In this document: positions 19,593 through 29,463 of the stretch, in pieces | Numbering within the stretch: the stretch's first letter is position 1 | Layout of the letters: every line of letters starts with the position of its first letter | Source: Candidatus Poribacteria bacterium | GTDB taxonomy: Bacteria; Poribacteria; WGA-4E; PCPOR2b | Length of the DNA stretch: 64,000 nt | Reading direction: 5' to 3' | NCBI GenBank assembly: GCA_965208675.1 | Contig: OZ242351.1 | Coordinates: 3,264,001-3,328,000, forward strand | Program-made: the position numbers and the translations under genes | Notes under the pieces: generated by a model | The model's database searches: none | What the model was told of the DNA's origin: nothing | Seen by the model: only the letters and a program-made list of their open reading frames with translations

Positions 19593-19962
19593 GACCTTCA
19601 GGCGAAATTAAATGATTATACGATTAGTCTAATGCCGCATCGTTAGGCAATGTCGATAATATAGCCATTTTAGCAGAACGCCGAAGTTGTATCAACCCAT
19701 TTCCAGCTTTAAACCTGTATGGATGAATTTACATGTTACTTGGCACATAGGCAGTTGTACGCTCAAGGCATAGTAGCAGCCACACGCCGTGTGCCGTAAT
19801 TTGCAGGGATTGCCTTGATAATAGATGACGGCATGGTGAGGAGGGATACGGCCTACGGAGTATGCCTACTACCATTGAATCCCGTTGACTGCACTCTGTA
19901 TACCTGATATAATAACCGGGGTATGTGGGCGCAGTGTAAACACAACAACATGGAGGGGTTGG

Positions 19963-21768
19963 ATGATGGAAAAGACCACAATCAATGAGCGGCTGCAAAA
20001 TTCGATTAGCCAACACGGTTCAAAAGCGGCGCTGTCCAGCAAGGTCGATGGAGCGTATCAGGACATCTCCTACGATGAACTTGGGGATCGGGTGAAGCAT
20101 CTTTGTTTGGGTTTAATCGAGCTTGGGGTGCAAAAGGGCGATCGGGTTGCCCTGCTGTCGGAGAATCGTCCAGAGTGGGCAATTACCGATCTCGCCATTC
20201 TTGCCGCAGGCGGAGTCAACGTCCCAATGTTCTCAACACTGACGCCTCCTCAAGTTGAGCACATCGTGAGGGATTCCGGGGCAAAGATTATCTGTGTTTC
20301 CAGTGAAACACAGTTGCAAAAAGTGGAGGCTTTCAGAGCGGACATTGACGGCCTACAACACGTCATCATCTTCGATGCAATTGACTCGGAAAATAGCGGC
20401 GGCGTGCTCACATTTGATCAGGTCTGCGAATTAGGGGAAAAGGCGGAGGACGGCGATTTGGTTTACCAAAAAGCACGCGGCGCTGTCACGCCTGACGACC
20501 TCGCCACGATTATCTATACCTCCGGCACAACGGGGCAGCCCAAAGGCGCAATGTTGACTCACAACAACTTCATGTTTAACGTACAGGCGTGTTTCGAGAT
20601 TGTCGGTTTTGCCGATGAAGACGTATTCTTGTCTTTTCTTCCATTGGCGCACGTGTTCGAGCGGATGGGCGGGCATTATCTGCCGCTGAGCTGCGGCGCG
20701 ACTGTTGCGTATGCCGAAAGTCCGTTCACGGTTGCCCAGAATATGAAGGAAGTTCGTCCCACCATTATGATGAGTGTGCCTCGCCTCTACGAAATGATGC
20801 ATGAGAAAATTATCCGCGCGGTTCAGGAGGGGTCATCCTTAAAACAGAAGATTTTCTATTGGAGCGTGGGGGTCGGTGAAAAAGTAAGCCAAGCAATTCA
20901 GCAACAGAAGAATACTTCTCCGATTTTGGGATTAAAGTATGGTCTCGCAAACAAGCTGGTGTTCAATAAACTTCAGAGTGCGACGGGCGGGCGGTTGCGC
21001 TTCTTTGTTTCTGGCGGCGCCCCGCTGTCCAAATCCATTGCGGAATTCTTCCATGCCGCCGGCATCCTGATTCTTGAAGGCTACGGGCTGACGGAGACTT
21101 CACCGGTGATTAGTGTAAACCGCCCGGATCAGTGGCGATTCGGCACTGTGGGGACACAGATTGAGGGAATTGAAGTCAAAATTGCGGAAGATGGAGAGAT
21201 TCTGTCGCGCGGGCCGCACATCATGCAGGGTTATTTCAACAAGCCGGAAGAGACGGCTGAGTCTATCGACACCGATGGGTGGTTTCACACAGGCGACATC
21301 GGGGAGATGGATGCGGACGGGTTTCTGAGTATCACCGATCGGAAGAAAAATATCATCGTGCTTTCTAACGGGAAAAACGTCGCACCGCAGCCGATTGAGA
21401 ATCAACTCATTCAAAGCCGATACATCAATCAGGTGATGCTCCTAGGCGATCAACGCAAAAGCATCTCTGCACTTATCGTGCCGAATTTCGATGCGCTCAA
21501 AGCGTTTGCCGAGGAAATGGAACTGGAAGTCCAGGAAGCGGCGGAATTGATCGAGACAAAAGAAATCCGCCAACTCATCCGTAAGGAAATTGAGCAGCTC
21601 TCAACAGCGTTAGCCGACTTTGAACGCGTAAAGATGTTCACGTTGTTAGATAGAGAGTTTACCCAAGAGGCTGATGAGATGACGCCGACACTGAAACTCA
21701 AGCGCAAAGTCATACTTGAAAAATATGGGGATAAAATTGAAAAAATGTACGGCGGAGAGAGCGTTTGA
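19963..21768 (+). CDS. fadD: Long-chain fatty acid--CoA ligase (AMP-dependent synthetase)
   Basis: IIYTSGTTGQPKG, EGYGLTET, WFHTGDIG, TPTLKLKR; ATG 19963 with GGAGG. Confidence 0.9.
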   Translation: MMEKTTINERLQNSISQHGSKAALSSKVDGAYQDISYDELGDRVKHLCLGLIELGVQKGDRVALLSENRPEWAITDLAILAAGGVNVPMFSTLTPPQVEHIVRDSGAKIICVSSETQLQKVEAFRADIDGLQHVIIFDAIDSENSGGVLTFDQVCELGEKAEDGDLVYQKARGAVTPDDLATIIYTSGTTGQPKGAMLTHNNFMFNVQACFEIVGFADEDVFLSFLPLAHVFERMGGHYLPLSCGATVAYAESPFTVAQNMKEVRPTIMMSVPRLYEMMHEKIIRAVQEGSSLKQKIFYWSVGVGEKVSQAIQQQKNTSPILGLKYGLANKLVFNKLQSATGGRLRFFVSGGAPLSKSIAEFFHAAGILILEGYGLTETSPVISVNRPDQWRFGTVGTQIEGIEVKIAEDGEILSRGPHIMQGYFNKPEETAESIDTDGWFHTGDIGEMDADGFLSITDRKKNIIVLSNGKNVAPQPIENQLIQSRYINQVMLLGDQRKSISALIVPNFDALKAFAEEMELEVQEAAELIETKEIRQLIRKEIEQLSTALADFERVKMFTLLDREFTQEADEMTPTLKLKRKVILEKYGDKIEKMYGGESV

Positions 21769-22069
21769 AAATTCGCCGAATAAGATTTTTGGAATGAATA
21801 CACGTAAACATCAATTTTTTAGGGCAACTATTTTCAAATGGACTCTCACATGTCGTGTGCTTCTTGCCAGCATCATTAAGCAGAGGCCAGGAAAGTTAAT
21901 TGCGAGCCTGACTCGATAAATATTGTACTGCTGCTCGCGCTGCGCTCTCAATTTCCAGACCGTTTGAATCTATTTCAGGCACTGTAGTAAACTCGTTGCG
22001 GCTTAGAAGAAGACCATTCATAATTTATCGGCTATAACTAAAATCTCTTGAGTAAGGTTAATAGTTCGA

Positions 22070-22747
22070 ATGGCGGTGAACACGATGCAGTACGACAAAA
22101 ACAAATTCAAAATATATGCGCTGCCGCACCCCGCTGTCTTATTAATCTGGATACTGAACCCATTTGTGATGTTCAACGAACTGATTTTGGGCCTACGACT
22201 CCCCAAAGTCACATTGGTTGACAAAGAAAGCAATAAACCTTTGCCGGAACGTACTTACTATCCCTGCCCGCACTGTGCAGTTCTAAATGACACGCGTTGT
22301 TGGGCAAGGAGGAATGCCCTTGGTCATTGGTTTGGCTATATTTGTCCAAATTGCCATCAAATAATTCCCTGCCTATGGAGCGTTTTTAGCCTTGTCATCT
22401 TGGCGATTACTTTCCCACTGTGGTATTTCCCCGCACGATTGGTCCGCCAAAGATGGATTGAGAAAGAAAAAGAAAGATTGGCCGCTGTCCTTAAACGTCC
22501 CTTAGTTCAAGTAAAGACCATACATTGGCTTCTTATCGGAACGTTCATTTGGGGTGTATTCATGTGGATATTTATGGAGTTTCTGCCGCAGATGAGGCAG
22601 GTTTTGAATGGAAAAGAATGGGATTTGACAATAATGCTAGTAACGTTGCCAATTTGGTTGTCGGCTGGCTGCGCATGGGGCTTGTTTATGGGTTTTTGGA
22701 TGAATAGAAGGGGCAAAAAAGCAAAAGGAAATTCACCTGTAAAGTGA
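22070..22747 (+). CDS. Hypothetical membrane protein with Zn ribbon
   Basis: CPHC and CPNC pairs plus TM helices. Confidence 0.7.
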   Translation: MAVNTMQYDKNKFKIYALPHPAVLLIWILNPFVMFNELILGLRLPKVTLVDKESNKPLPERTYYPCPHCAVLNDTRCWARRNALGHWFGYICPNCHQIIPCLWSVFSLVILAITFPLWYFPARLVRQRWIEKEKERLAAVLKRPLVQVKTIHWLLIGTFIWGVFMWIFMEFLPQMRQVLNGKEWDLTIMLVTLPIWLSAGCAWGLFMGFWMNRRGKKAKGNSPVK

Positions 22748-22917
22748 ACCGTATGGCTTAGAGCATGTTTTCAATGTAGATAGGAAAAACCGGTTTTTTG
22801 TCATTATGACGGTCGAAATCATTGCATTTTCAAGACATTTACTTCAAGATAGTTTCTCTCGAAGGCAGATTCGGACTGTTCAAAAGTTCAAGAGATGTTT
22901 AAGTATGAGAGGAGACG

Positions 22918-23892
22918 ATGCCAACAGGCCGCATCAAATATTTCAACCGGGACAAAGGCTTCGGATTTATCGCCCAAGACAACGGCGAAGCTGATGTTTT
23001 TTTGCACGTCTCTGCCATTAACTGGGCGGACGACGAGCTAGGCGCAGGGCAACGGGTCAAATACGAAATTACCGAGGGCAAGCGGGGGCTAGTGGCGCGA
23101 AACGTTGAGGTCCTGCTTACACAACTTGAGCAAAAGTGGCTGCGTCAAGGCAAGGCGATTATTCCTCGTGACTACCCAAGATTCGCTTCACGCGAGCAAA
23201 GCGAAACTGCTGATGGAGACAATTCGGTATCGTTTCAAGAACCGATTCGACCGGCGTCAGTTGCATCGTCTAGTGCGCAGAAATCTGAACAATCTGGTGA
23301 ACTACCACCTTCGGGGCCGGACGATGAAGCAGATGCGCTGAATCAGAATTTAGTCGCATCCGATGCTCGGACCGATTCTAGGTCCGATAAACCTGAACGC
23401 GTCACGTTTGGCACTTTATACATGCAAAAGCAAATCCGGCTCCAAACATCAATGGTTTTTGGGTTGTACAATCACGAGCAGCACCCTATGACCATTAGTG
23501 AATACACGCAATCCACGTTTACGTTGCAAGGAGAAGAAGAAAGCCGGGAAATCCCGAAGACGGACGTTAAATATTGTTATAAAGCTGAAGACGCGGATGC
23601 TATGTATGCGCTCATGCATTACGATGAGGAGATTAAATCGCAAAAATTAAAGCCGATTAACTCTCAGAATGAGTGCTACCAAATCGACACACGGGAAATT
23701 CAGCTTGCGCGCAAGGAGGAATACCCCATTGAAGTAATTATGCGCGAGGGAGAAATTTTTCGGGGTTTGGTGGATTGGGTCAGCCCATTCGAAATTAAGA
23801 TAGTTTTGGAAAACGGATCTAAAGTTGTTGTTTTCAGGCATGCCGTCTGCAAGTTTCAGGCAATTCCGTCCGAAAAAGGAACGAGGGATTAG
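22918..23892 (+). CDS. Cold-shock domain fused to tandem Hfq/Sm-like domains
   Basis: N-terminal GRIKYFNRDKGFGFI...DVFLHVS; C-terminal IEVIMREGEIFRG.VD....FEI......KVVVFRHAV resembles Hfq Sm1/Sm2. Confidence 0.75.
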   Translation: MPTGRIKYFNRDKGFGFIAQDNGEADVFLHVSAINWADDELGAGQRVKYEITEGKRGLVARNVEVLLTQLEQKWLRQGKAIIPRDYPRFASREQSETADGDNSVSFQEPIRPASVASSSAQKSEQSGELPPSGPDDEADALNQNLVASDARTDSRSDKPERVTFGTLYMQKQIRLQTSMVFGLYNHEQHPMTISEYTQSTFTLQGEEESREIPKTDVKYCYKAEDADAMYALMHYDEEIKSQKLKPINSQNECYQIDTREIQLARKEEYPIEVIMREGEIFRGLVDWVSPFEIKIVLENGSKVVVFRHAVCKFQAIPSEKGTRD

Positions 23893-24092
23893 GGCGTGTT
23901 GACATTTGACATCCCGTAGGTTGAATTGAATGGTTAAACGGCAGTCCCTATCAAGTACAAAGGAATCTTTTGTAACACAATCTGTTAGATTGCGATCCGA
24001 GCCCGCAAACTAACAGTTTGCGCTACTTATATCAGATTATGCAATGGTGACAACCTTTGCCGAATCAGTAGCCTCAAAATGTCAACAGAACC
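23892..24092. mobile_element. 201-bp MITE-like element
   Basis: 16-bp terminal inverted repeats GGGCGTGTTGACATTT / AAATGTCAACAGAACC (13/16 match), TA on both flanks, no ORF. Confidence 0.65.
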
Positions 24093-24119
24093 TAGAGTTT
24101 CACTGAACATTTAGAGATT

Positions 24120-24761
24120 ATGCAACCGATAGAGATTCAGAAGGATAACGAAGACGCTAGCTCAAACTTGGTAGTGGAACAGTATCGGCATCTAATGGAA
24201 GAGGTGCATCTTGAGACACAGCGTTTGTACGAAGCGCGAGGCAACTTCCCGTGTCCTTCCACCTGTTATGATTGCTGCCGCAACACGGCGACGATGTTAA
24301 TCAGTGAAATAGAAGGGCAAGACCTCAAGGTAGGACTTAAAAAACTTGCTCCAGAGATACGGGAGCATATCCGCAAGAAAGCCAAACGCTCCGTTCGGAA
24401 GCTCGAGCAAATCGGATTTTCCCATGAACGGATGACGAGAGACGCCGGGATGGAATCGGTCGAAGTGTTGAAAGGGAAACCGGAGGCGGAATGCCCGATG
24501 CTTATTGGGGGAGTCTGTTCGGTTTACGAACATCGTCCATTGATTTGCCGGGTGTGGGGGTATCCAATCGACAATGGGCGTGAATTGGCATGTTGCCGCA
24601 AGACATTTATCGGTCAACGCAGACGTTACAAACCCATTGATTATGCGCGTTACTGGGATACATGCCGGGATTTAAGCGAAAAGATTGGAGCGGAGGAGAA
24701 AACACCGAATGCTTATCTTGTGGTTCGGTTGCTCGTGGAAGAAGGGGTGTCGGAAGGGTGA
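24120..24761 (+). CDS. YkgJ family CxxCxxCC cysteine-cluster protein
   Basis: CPSTCYDCC and CPML...CSVYEHRPLICR. Confidence 0.88.
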   Translation: MQPIEIQKDNEDASSNLVVEQYRHLMEEVHLETQRLYEARGNFPCPSTCYDCCRNTATMLISEIEGQDLKVGLKKLAPEIREHIRKKAKRSVRKLEQIGFSHERMTRDAGMESVEVLKGKPEAECPMLIGGVCSVYEHRPLICRVWGYPIDNGRELACCRKTFIGQRRRYKPIDYARYWDTCRDLSEKIGAEEKTPNAYLVVRLLVEEGVSEG

Positions 24762-24796
24762 GTAGGCGTGTCGCTATAGAGTCCTACGGATTTGTA

Positions 24797-25117
24797 TTAT
24801 GGCGGTGGATTGGCGGGGTTAGTATTAAGAGATCGTAGCAATTCAAAGGGATAAATGCCCGTTTTGTGTCCGTCATTCCAAGTCAAGCGGATTGCATATC
24901 TGCCAACGGGTTGGATATTAACGACTTTAAGATTCTCAAATAAATCTTCGGAAGGCAACACCCGCAGCGGGTTTTCATTCTCTCGGACTGCTTTACAACG
25001 GGCGCACGGGCACTTTTGCCGCAGCAATTTATGGGAATGTTCGCTGCGATGGCCGTCGTTCCATTGAATGGCTATCCCGTTTAAAAAACGCTTTATCTGG
25101 GTTGGCTTATATACCAT
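24797..25117 (-). CDS. DUF971 / GBBH-like N-terminal domain protein
   Basis: I.WNDGH.S.....LR..CPCA.C, VGRYAI.L.WNDGH.TGIY.F..LR; start at MVYKP inferred. Confidence 0.88.
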   Translation of the reverse strand: MVYKPTQIKRFLNGIAIQWNDGHRSEHSHKLLRQKCPCARCKAVRENENPLRVLPSEDLFENLKVVNIQPVGRYAIRLTWNDGHKTGIYPFELLRSLNTNPANPPP

Positions 25118-25231
25118 GGTATGCACCATCATGACTTGCGCCACAATAACTTCAGAAACGGGTGTTATCCCAGTCTTGTAACCATCAAAGCTGAAATCAC
25201 TACCCGTCTGAAATTTTGTGAGCAACTATTG

Positions 25232-25489
25232 CTACTGGAAATAATCCGCGTTGATTTTGGTGAAGTGTTCCCATTCTTCCGGAACATCTTCGTCCATGAA
25301 GATTGCTTCGACCGGACATTCTGGTTCACACACACCGCAATCAATACATTCTTCAGGATCGATAAAAAGCTGCTTGGCGTTTTCAAAGTCCTCTGACTGT
25401 GATGTAGGATGAATGCAGTCAACAGGGCATACGTCCACGCAGGCGGTGTCCTTGACATCAATGCACGGTTCGGTGATGACGTATGTCAT
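25232..25489 (-). CDS. fdxA: 7Fe-type (FdxA-like) ferredoxin, copy A
   Basis: MTYVITEPCIDVKDTACVDVCPVDCI...IDPEECIDCGVCEPECPV. Confidence 0.93.
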   Translation of the reverse strand: MTYVITEPCIDVKDTACVDVCPVDCIHPTSQSEDFENAKQLFIDPEECIDCGVCEPECPVEAIFMDEDVPEEWEHFTKINADYFQ

Positions 25490-25628
25490 AGATGATAAAT
25501 CCTCCTTGTGAACTGGGTTAATTATTTTTTTTCAGAACGTGAGCGTAATAGGGTAATCGTGCTTCTAACTCCACCTCTACTTTTGAGCGTAAATCTGTAC
25601 CCGTCTGAAATTTTGTGAGCAGCTATCG

Positions 25629-25886
25629 CTACTGGAAATAATCCGCGTTGATTTTGGTGAAGTGTTCCCATTCTTCCGGAACATCTTCGTCCATGAAGAT
25701 TGCTTCGACTGGACATTCCGGCTCACATACAGCGCAATCAATACACTCTTCGGGATCGATATAAAGCTGCTTAACGTTTTCGAAGTCCTCTTCCTGAGAT
25801 GTAGGGTGAATGCAGTCAACAGGGCATACGTCCACGCAGGCGGTGTCCTTAACATCAATGCACGGTTCGGTGATGACGTAAGTCAT
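25629..25886 (-). CDS. fdxA: 7Fe-type (FdxA-like) ferredoxin, copy B
   Basis: Same motifs; differs from copy A at 4 residues. Confidence 0.93.
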   Translation of the reverse strand: MTYVITEPCIDVKDTACVDVCPVDCIHPTSQEEDFENVKQLYIDPEECIDCAVCEPECPVEAIFMDEDVPEEWEHFTKINADYFQ

Positions 25887-26048
25887 AAATGATAATCCTC
25901 CTTGTTAACTGAATTGATGATTTTTCTTCAGACCGTGAGTGCGAAGGGATAATCGTCCTTCTGTATCTCATCTTCATCGCAAATCAGTTAGCTTAGTTTC
26001 CATCGATCTCACCAAACAAAATAAGCATACCACATCAATTTGGCTTTG

Positions 26049-27362
26049 TCAAATGGATTCACGCTGTTTCGATTCTCCCATCAAGCGTTCAATTTCATCA
26101 ATCGTTTTCGGGACTTTAGCAGTCAGAACTTCACAGCCGGACGTGGTTACGAGGACATCATCCTCGATTCGTACACCGATTCCTAAGTATTTCGGATTGA
26201 CATTTTCTGTGTCGGCAGCGATATAAAGCCCCGGTTCAACAGTAAATACCATCCCCGGTTGAAACGTCTTATGTGTGCCGCTTTCCCGCGTTTTCGTTAA
26301 ATCGTGAACATCAAGGCCCAACATATGCCCAATCCCGTGCCTGCAAAACTGCTTATGTTTCTCTTCCGCAATCAACTCCTCTTTCTCGCCGGCTAACAAG
26401 CCAATCTTCAACATACCCTCGGTCATCAACGCTACCGACTTCTTATTGGGTTCATCAAGTGGTACGCCCGGACGAATGGCCTCAATGGCGGCGAGTTGAC
26501 ATTCAAGTACGAGTTGGTAAATCTCGCGCTGCACTGCGGTAAATCTGCCGTTTGCCGGGTACGTCCGCGTAATGTCGCCGCTATAATATTTGTATTCACA
26601 CCCGGCATCGATCAAAACCAGCTCACCGTCCTGAATTTGGCGGTTATTCGCCGTATAGTGCAGCGTCGCCGCATTTGCGGCGCTTGCCACGATTGTAGGA
26701 AACCCGGGCTGACTTCCTTCGCTCCTACGGAAGATCGAATCTATCATCGCCTGAATTTCATATTCGTACTGACCGGGATGTAGGGTTTTCATCGCCATGA
26801 TATGCGCATCCGCCGTGATTTCCGTAGCCCGCCGAATGCGTTTGAGTTCTTCTCCACTTTTGATGAGGCGCATTTCGCCGAGAATCTCGCCCGGATCAAT
26901 CAAGGTATTAGGTCCTGTTCCTTGGAGTGCGCGACGGCGTCCGTACTGCTTGCAGAGTTCGACTATCTTTCGATTAAAGACTTCATCCGATCCGAAACTG
27001 TAGTAAATTTGATTCGTGTCATTAAGGTATTCGTGGATTTTTTGGTCAAATTCTGTGATTGAATAGGCTTCATCGGCACCAATGACGGTTTTCCCGCCCT
27101 CAACTCCCACACGCTTTCCTGTCCACACTTCCTGTTCCGGATCATGAGGATTCACGAACAAAACAAATTGGTGTTCGGGGTGGTCTGGTGCAAGGAGGCA
27201 GATTGAACCCGGTTCCTCAAAACCCGTTAAATAGTAAAAATTACTGTCTTGGCGGTATTCATATTCGACATCATGGGCACGTAAAGCCGGCAATGCGCTC
27301 GGGAAAATTGCAACCCCCCCCTTCATTTTACGCATGAATTCCTTACGTATATTTTCATGCAT
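26049..27362 (-). CDS. pepP: Xaa-Pro aminopeptidase
   Basis: YRQDSNFYYLTGF.EP, LIDAGCE...Y.GDITRT, HGIGHMLGLDVHD, TVEPGLY, GVRIEDD. Confidence 0.95.
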   Translation of the reverse strand: MHENIRKEFMRKMKGGVAIFPSALPALRAHDVEYEYRQDSNFYYLTGFEEPGSICLLAPDHPEHQFVLFVNPHDPEQEVWTGKRVGVEGGKTVIGADEAYSITEFDQKIHEYLNDTNQIYYSFGSDEVFNRKIVELCKQYGRRRALQGTGPNTLIDPGEILGEMRLIKSGEELKRIRRATEITADAHIMAMKTLHPGQYEYEIQAMIDSIFRRSEGSQPGFPTIVASAANAATLHYTANNRQIQDGELVLIDAGCEYKYYSGDITRTYPANGRFTAVQREIYQLVLECQLAAIEAIRPGVPLDEPNKKSVALMTEGMLKIGLLAGEKEELIAEEKHKQFCRHGIGHMLGLDVHDLTKTRESGTHKTFQPGMVFTVEPGLYIAADTENVNPKYLGIGVRIEDDVLVTTSGCEVLTAKVPKTIDEIERLMGESKQRESI

Positions 27363-27377
27363 TCGTTGTTTCTCCTT

Positions 27378-28163
27378 TTATTCCTCCTGTACCGCGCTAA
27401 TCTCATCTTGAGAAATCTTGTGGACACTCTTTGGGTTAAATGTTTGTTGTGTTCCAAACCTCAGCGCAACTTCGATTCTTCCGCCGGTCAGCACGAAGAA
27501 CTGGATCAGAAACCCTCCACCCTCCATGGATTCGACCTGATACTGATGCGGTTCTAATCCTTCAACCCACGCCGGCAGCGCGTGCGCAAATTCAGCATGA
27601 TTGATTGCCGCTTGGGGTAAAGCGATGATCAGTGTTCCCGGTTCGTCTCCGATTGCTTCAGCGATGACCGCCCGCGTATTAACCATGAAAGGCACCACTT
27701 GGCTGGCATATTCGAACTCGTCATTGCTCGTGCGCTCTGGAGGTACAATGCCCCAAGTCAGGTGGTGGATGAACGGATTCCCGTAGCCTTGGCTCAACAT
27801 GTGCTCTAGACCGGATTCATCGACCGGATGCACAACCGCAACGTAGTCAAACCAACCTCTGGACCGCGCTGCGCTATCCTGGCGCAATCTTGCAGACACA
27901 TTGATATAGTCATAACCGTCCACTGGCGACGGATAGCAGCGGGCGTCCCATCCCGAAATATAACCGAGCTGTTTCAGAGGACCGGCGACCAGATGCGGCG
28001 GGTCGGTGAAAATTGCGGCGTGATCGAGATTAGGCAACAGCCTCACACCTGCTTTCGTCATCTTTTCAGCGGCTTCCAACGCCTCTTTCAAACGTCCTTC
28101 AGCATTTTCAATGCTAAGATAATCTGCGAAGTCTTCCGGTAAAATGGCTAAACTTCCCACCAT
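27378..28163 (-). CDS. Hypothetical protein, possibly VOC/HPPD-like metalloenzyme
   Basis: 261 aa with GGAGG RBS; LDHAAI, IHHLTWGI, FLIQFF...IEV. Confidence 0.6.
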   Translation of the reverse strand: MVGSLAILPEDFADYLSIENAEGRLKEALEAAEKMTKAGVRLLPNLDHAAIFTDPPHLVAGPLKQLGYISGWDARCYPSPVDGYDYINVSARLRQDSAARSRGWFDYVAVVHPVDESGLEHMLSQGYGNPFIHHLTWGIVPPERTSNDEFEYASQVVPFMVNTRAVIAEAIGDEPGTLIIALPQAAINHAEFAHALPAWVEGLEPHQYQVESMEGGGFLIQFFVLTGGRIEVALRFGTQQTFNPKSVHKISQDEISAVQEE

Positions 28164-28467
28164 AAACCTCCAGTCCTTAAAACCCTAAAATCCAAGTTGC
28201 GGGCGGAATGATTTGTGTACACTGAATGATAAGTCGCGTCTCGAAAATAAGCACGAGTTTCGGCGCTAAATGATAATCCAAATGCAGTTTAAAATCAAGT
28301 GATATCCGTACCCAAGCGGATTTAACTGTACCCGCTGAACGGCTTGGAAACATTGCAATCAATGGATAAATGTGATAAAATCGAGCGAATGTATAGTATC
28401 TCAAACCCGTTGATAATCACAGCACAGAGATGAGAGTAGCGAACACGACTCTTAACCGCAGGAAAAG

Positions 28468-29448
28468 ATGAAGGCAATTATCAGAACGGGTGATGGCGGC
28501 CCGGAGGTGTTGAGATTATCGGAAGTTCCGGCGCCAATACATGGCCCTAATCAGTTGTTGGTCAACGTGAAAGCGACCGCCCTAAATCGATTGGATACGC
28601 TTCAACGTAAGGGGTTATACAATGCGCCGCCGGGCGAATCTGAAATACTCGGGTTGGAGATTGCAGGAATTGTCGAAGCCATTGGGGGAGAAGTCCCAGG
28701 TTTTAGCCGCGGCGATCGGGTGTTTGGCTTAATAGGAGGGGGAGGATATGCCGAGAAGGCTGTGATCGACCACCGTTTGGCAATTCCGCTTCCCGACGGG
28801 TGGAGTTTTGAACAAGCTGCGGCGATTCCAGAAGTGTTCTTTACGGCTAACGAAACTCTATTTACGTTGGGCAGGTTAAGCCAGAACGAAACCGTGCTTA
28901 TCCATGCGGGCGGCAGCGGTGTCGGAACGGCGGGAACACAGATGGCGCACCATATTGGCGCTCGTGTGTTTATTACTGCCGGATCTGAGGACAAAATTAG
29001 AAAAAGTAAAGCGCTCGGATGTACAGAAGGCATCAACTATAAAGCATGCAATTTCGCTGAAGAAATTTTGCAATTGACAAATGGGGAGGGCGTAGACGTT
29101 ATTCAAGATTTTATTGGTGCGCCTTATCTCGAACGGAATCTATCCATCCTGAGGCCGCGCGGACGCTTACTTATAGTAGGACTGATGGGGGGCACCTCGG
29201 CCGAAACCAATCTCGGATATATACTGAGAAAACGTTTACAAATTTTTGGATCAGTGATGCGTTCTCTCCCGATTGAGGAGAAGATTCAGATTACCAAACG
29301 TTTCGTGAATCGCTGGCTTCCTCTGCTCAAGCAAGGCAGGATTAAACCGATTATTGATACAGTGATGGAGTTATCTCAAGCGTGCGACGCGCATCAATAC
29401 ATGGAAGCCAATAAGAACTTTGGTAAAATCATTCTCAAAATTGAGTAG
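28468..29448 (+). CDS. NAD(P)H-quinone oxidoreductase, PIG3 family (MDR)
   Basis: ALNRLD..QR.G.Y..PPG.SEILGLE, LIHAGGSGVG, NFGKIIL. Confidence 0.93.
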   Translation: MKAIIRTGDGGPEVLRLSEVPAPIHGPNQLLVNVKATALNRLDTLQRKGLYNAPPGESEILGLEIAGIVEAIGGEVPGFSRGDRVFGLIGGGGYAEKAVIDHRLAIPLPDGWSFEQAAAIPEVFFTANETLFTLGRLSQNETVLIHAGGSGVGTAGTQMAHHIGARVFITAGSEDKIRKSKALGCTEGINYKACNFAEEILQLTNGEGVDVIQDFIGAPYLERNLSILRPRGRLLIVGLMGGTSAETNLGYILRKRLQIFGSVMRSLPIEEKIQITKRFVNRWLPLLKQGRIKPIIDTVMELSQACDAHQYMEANKNFGKIILKIE

Positions 29449-29463
29449 TGCGTTTCAATTGAC

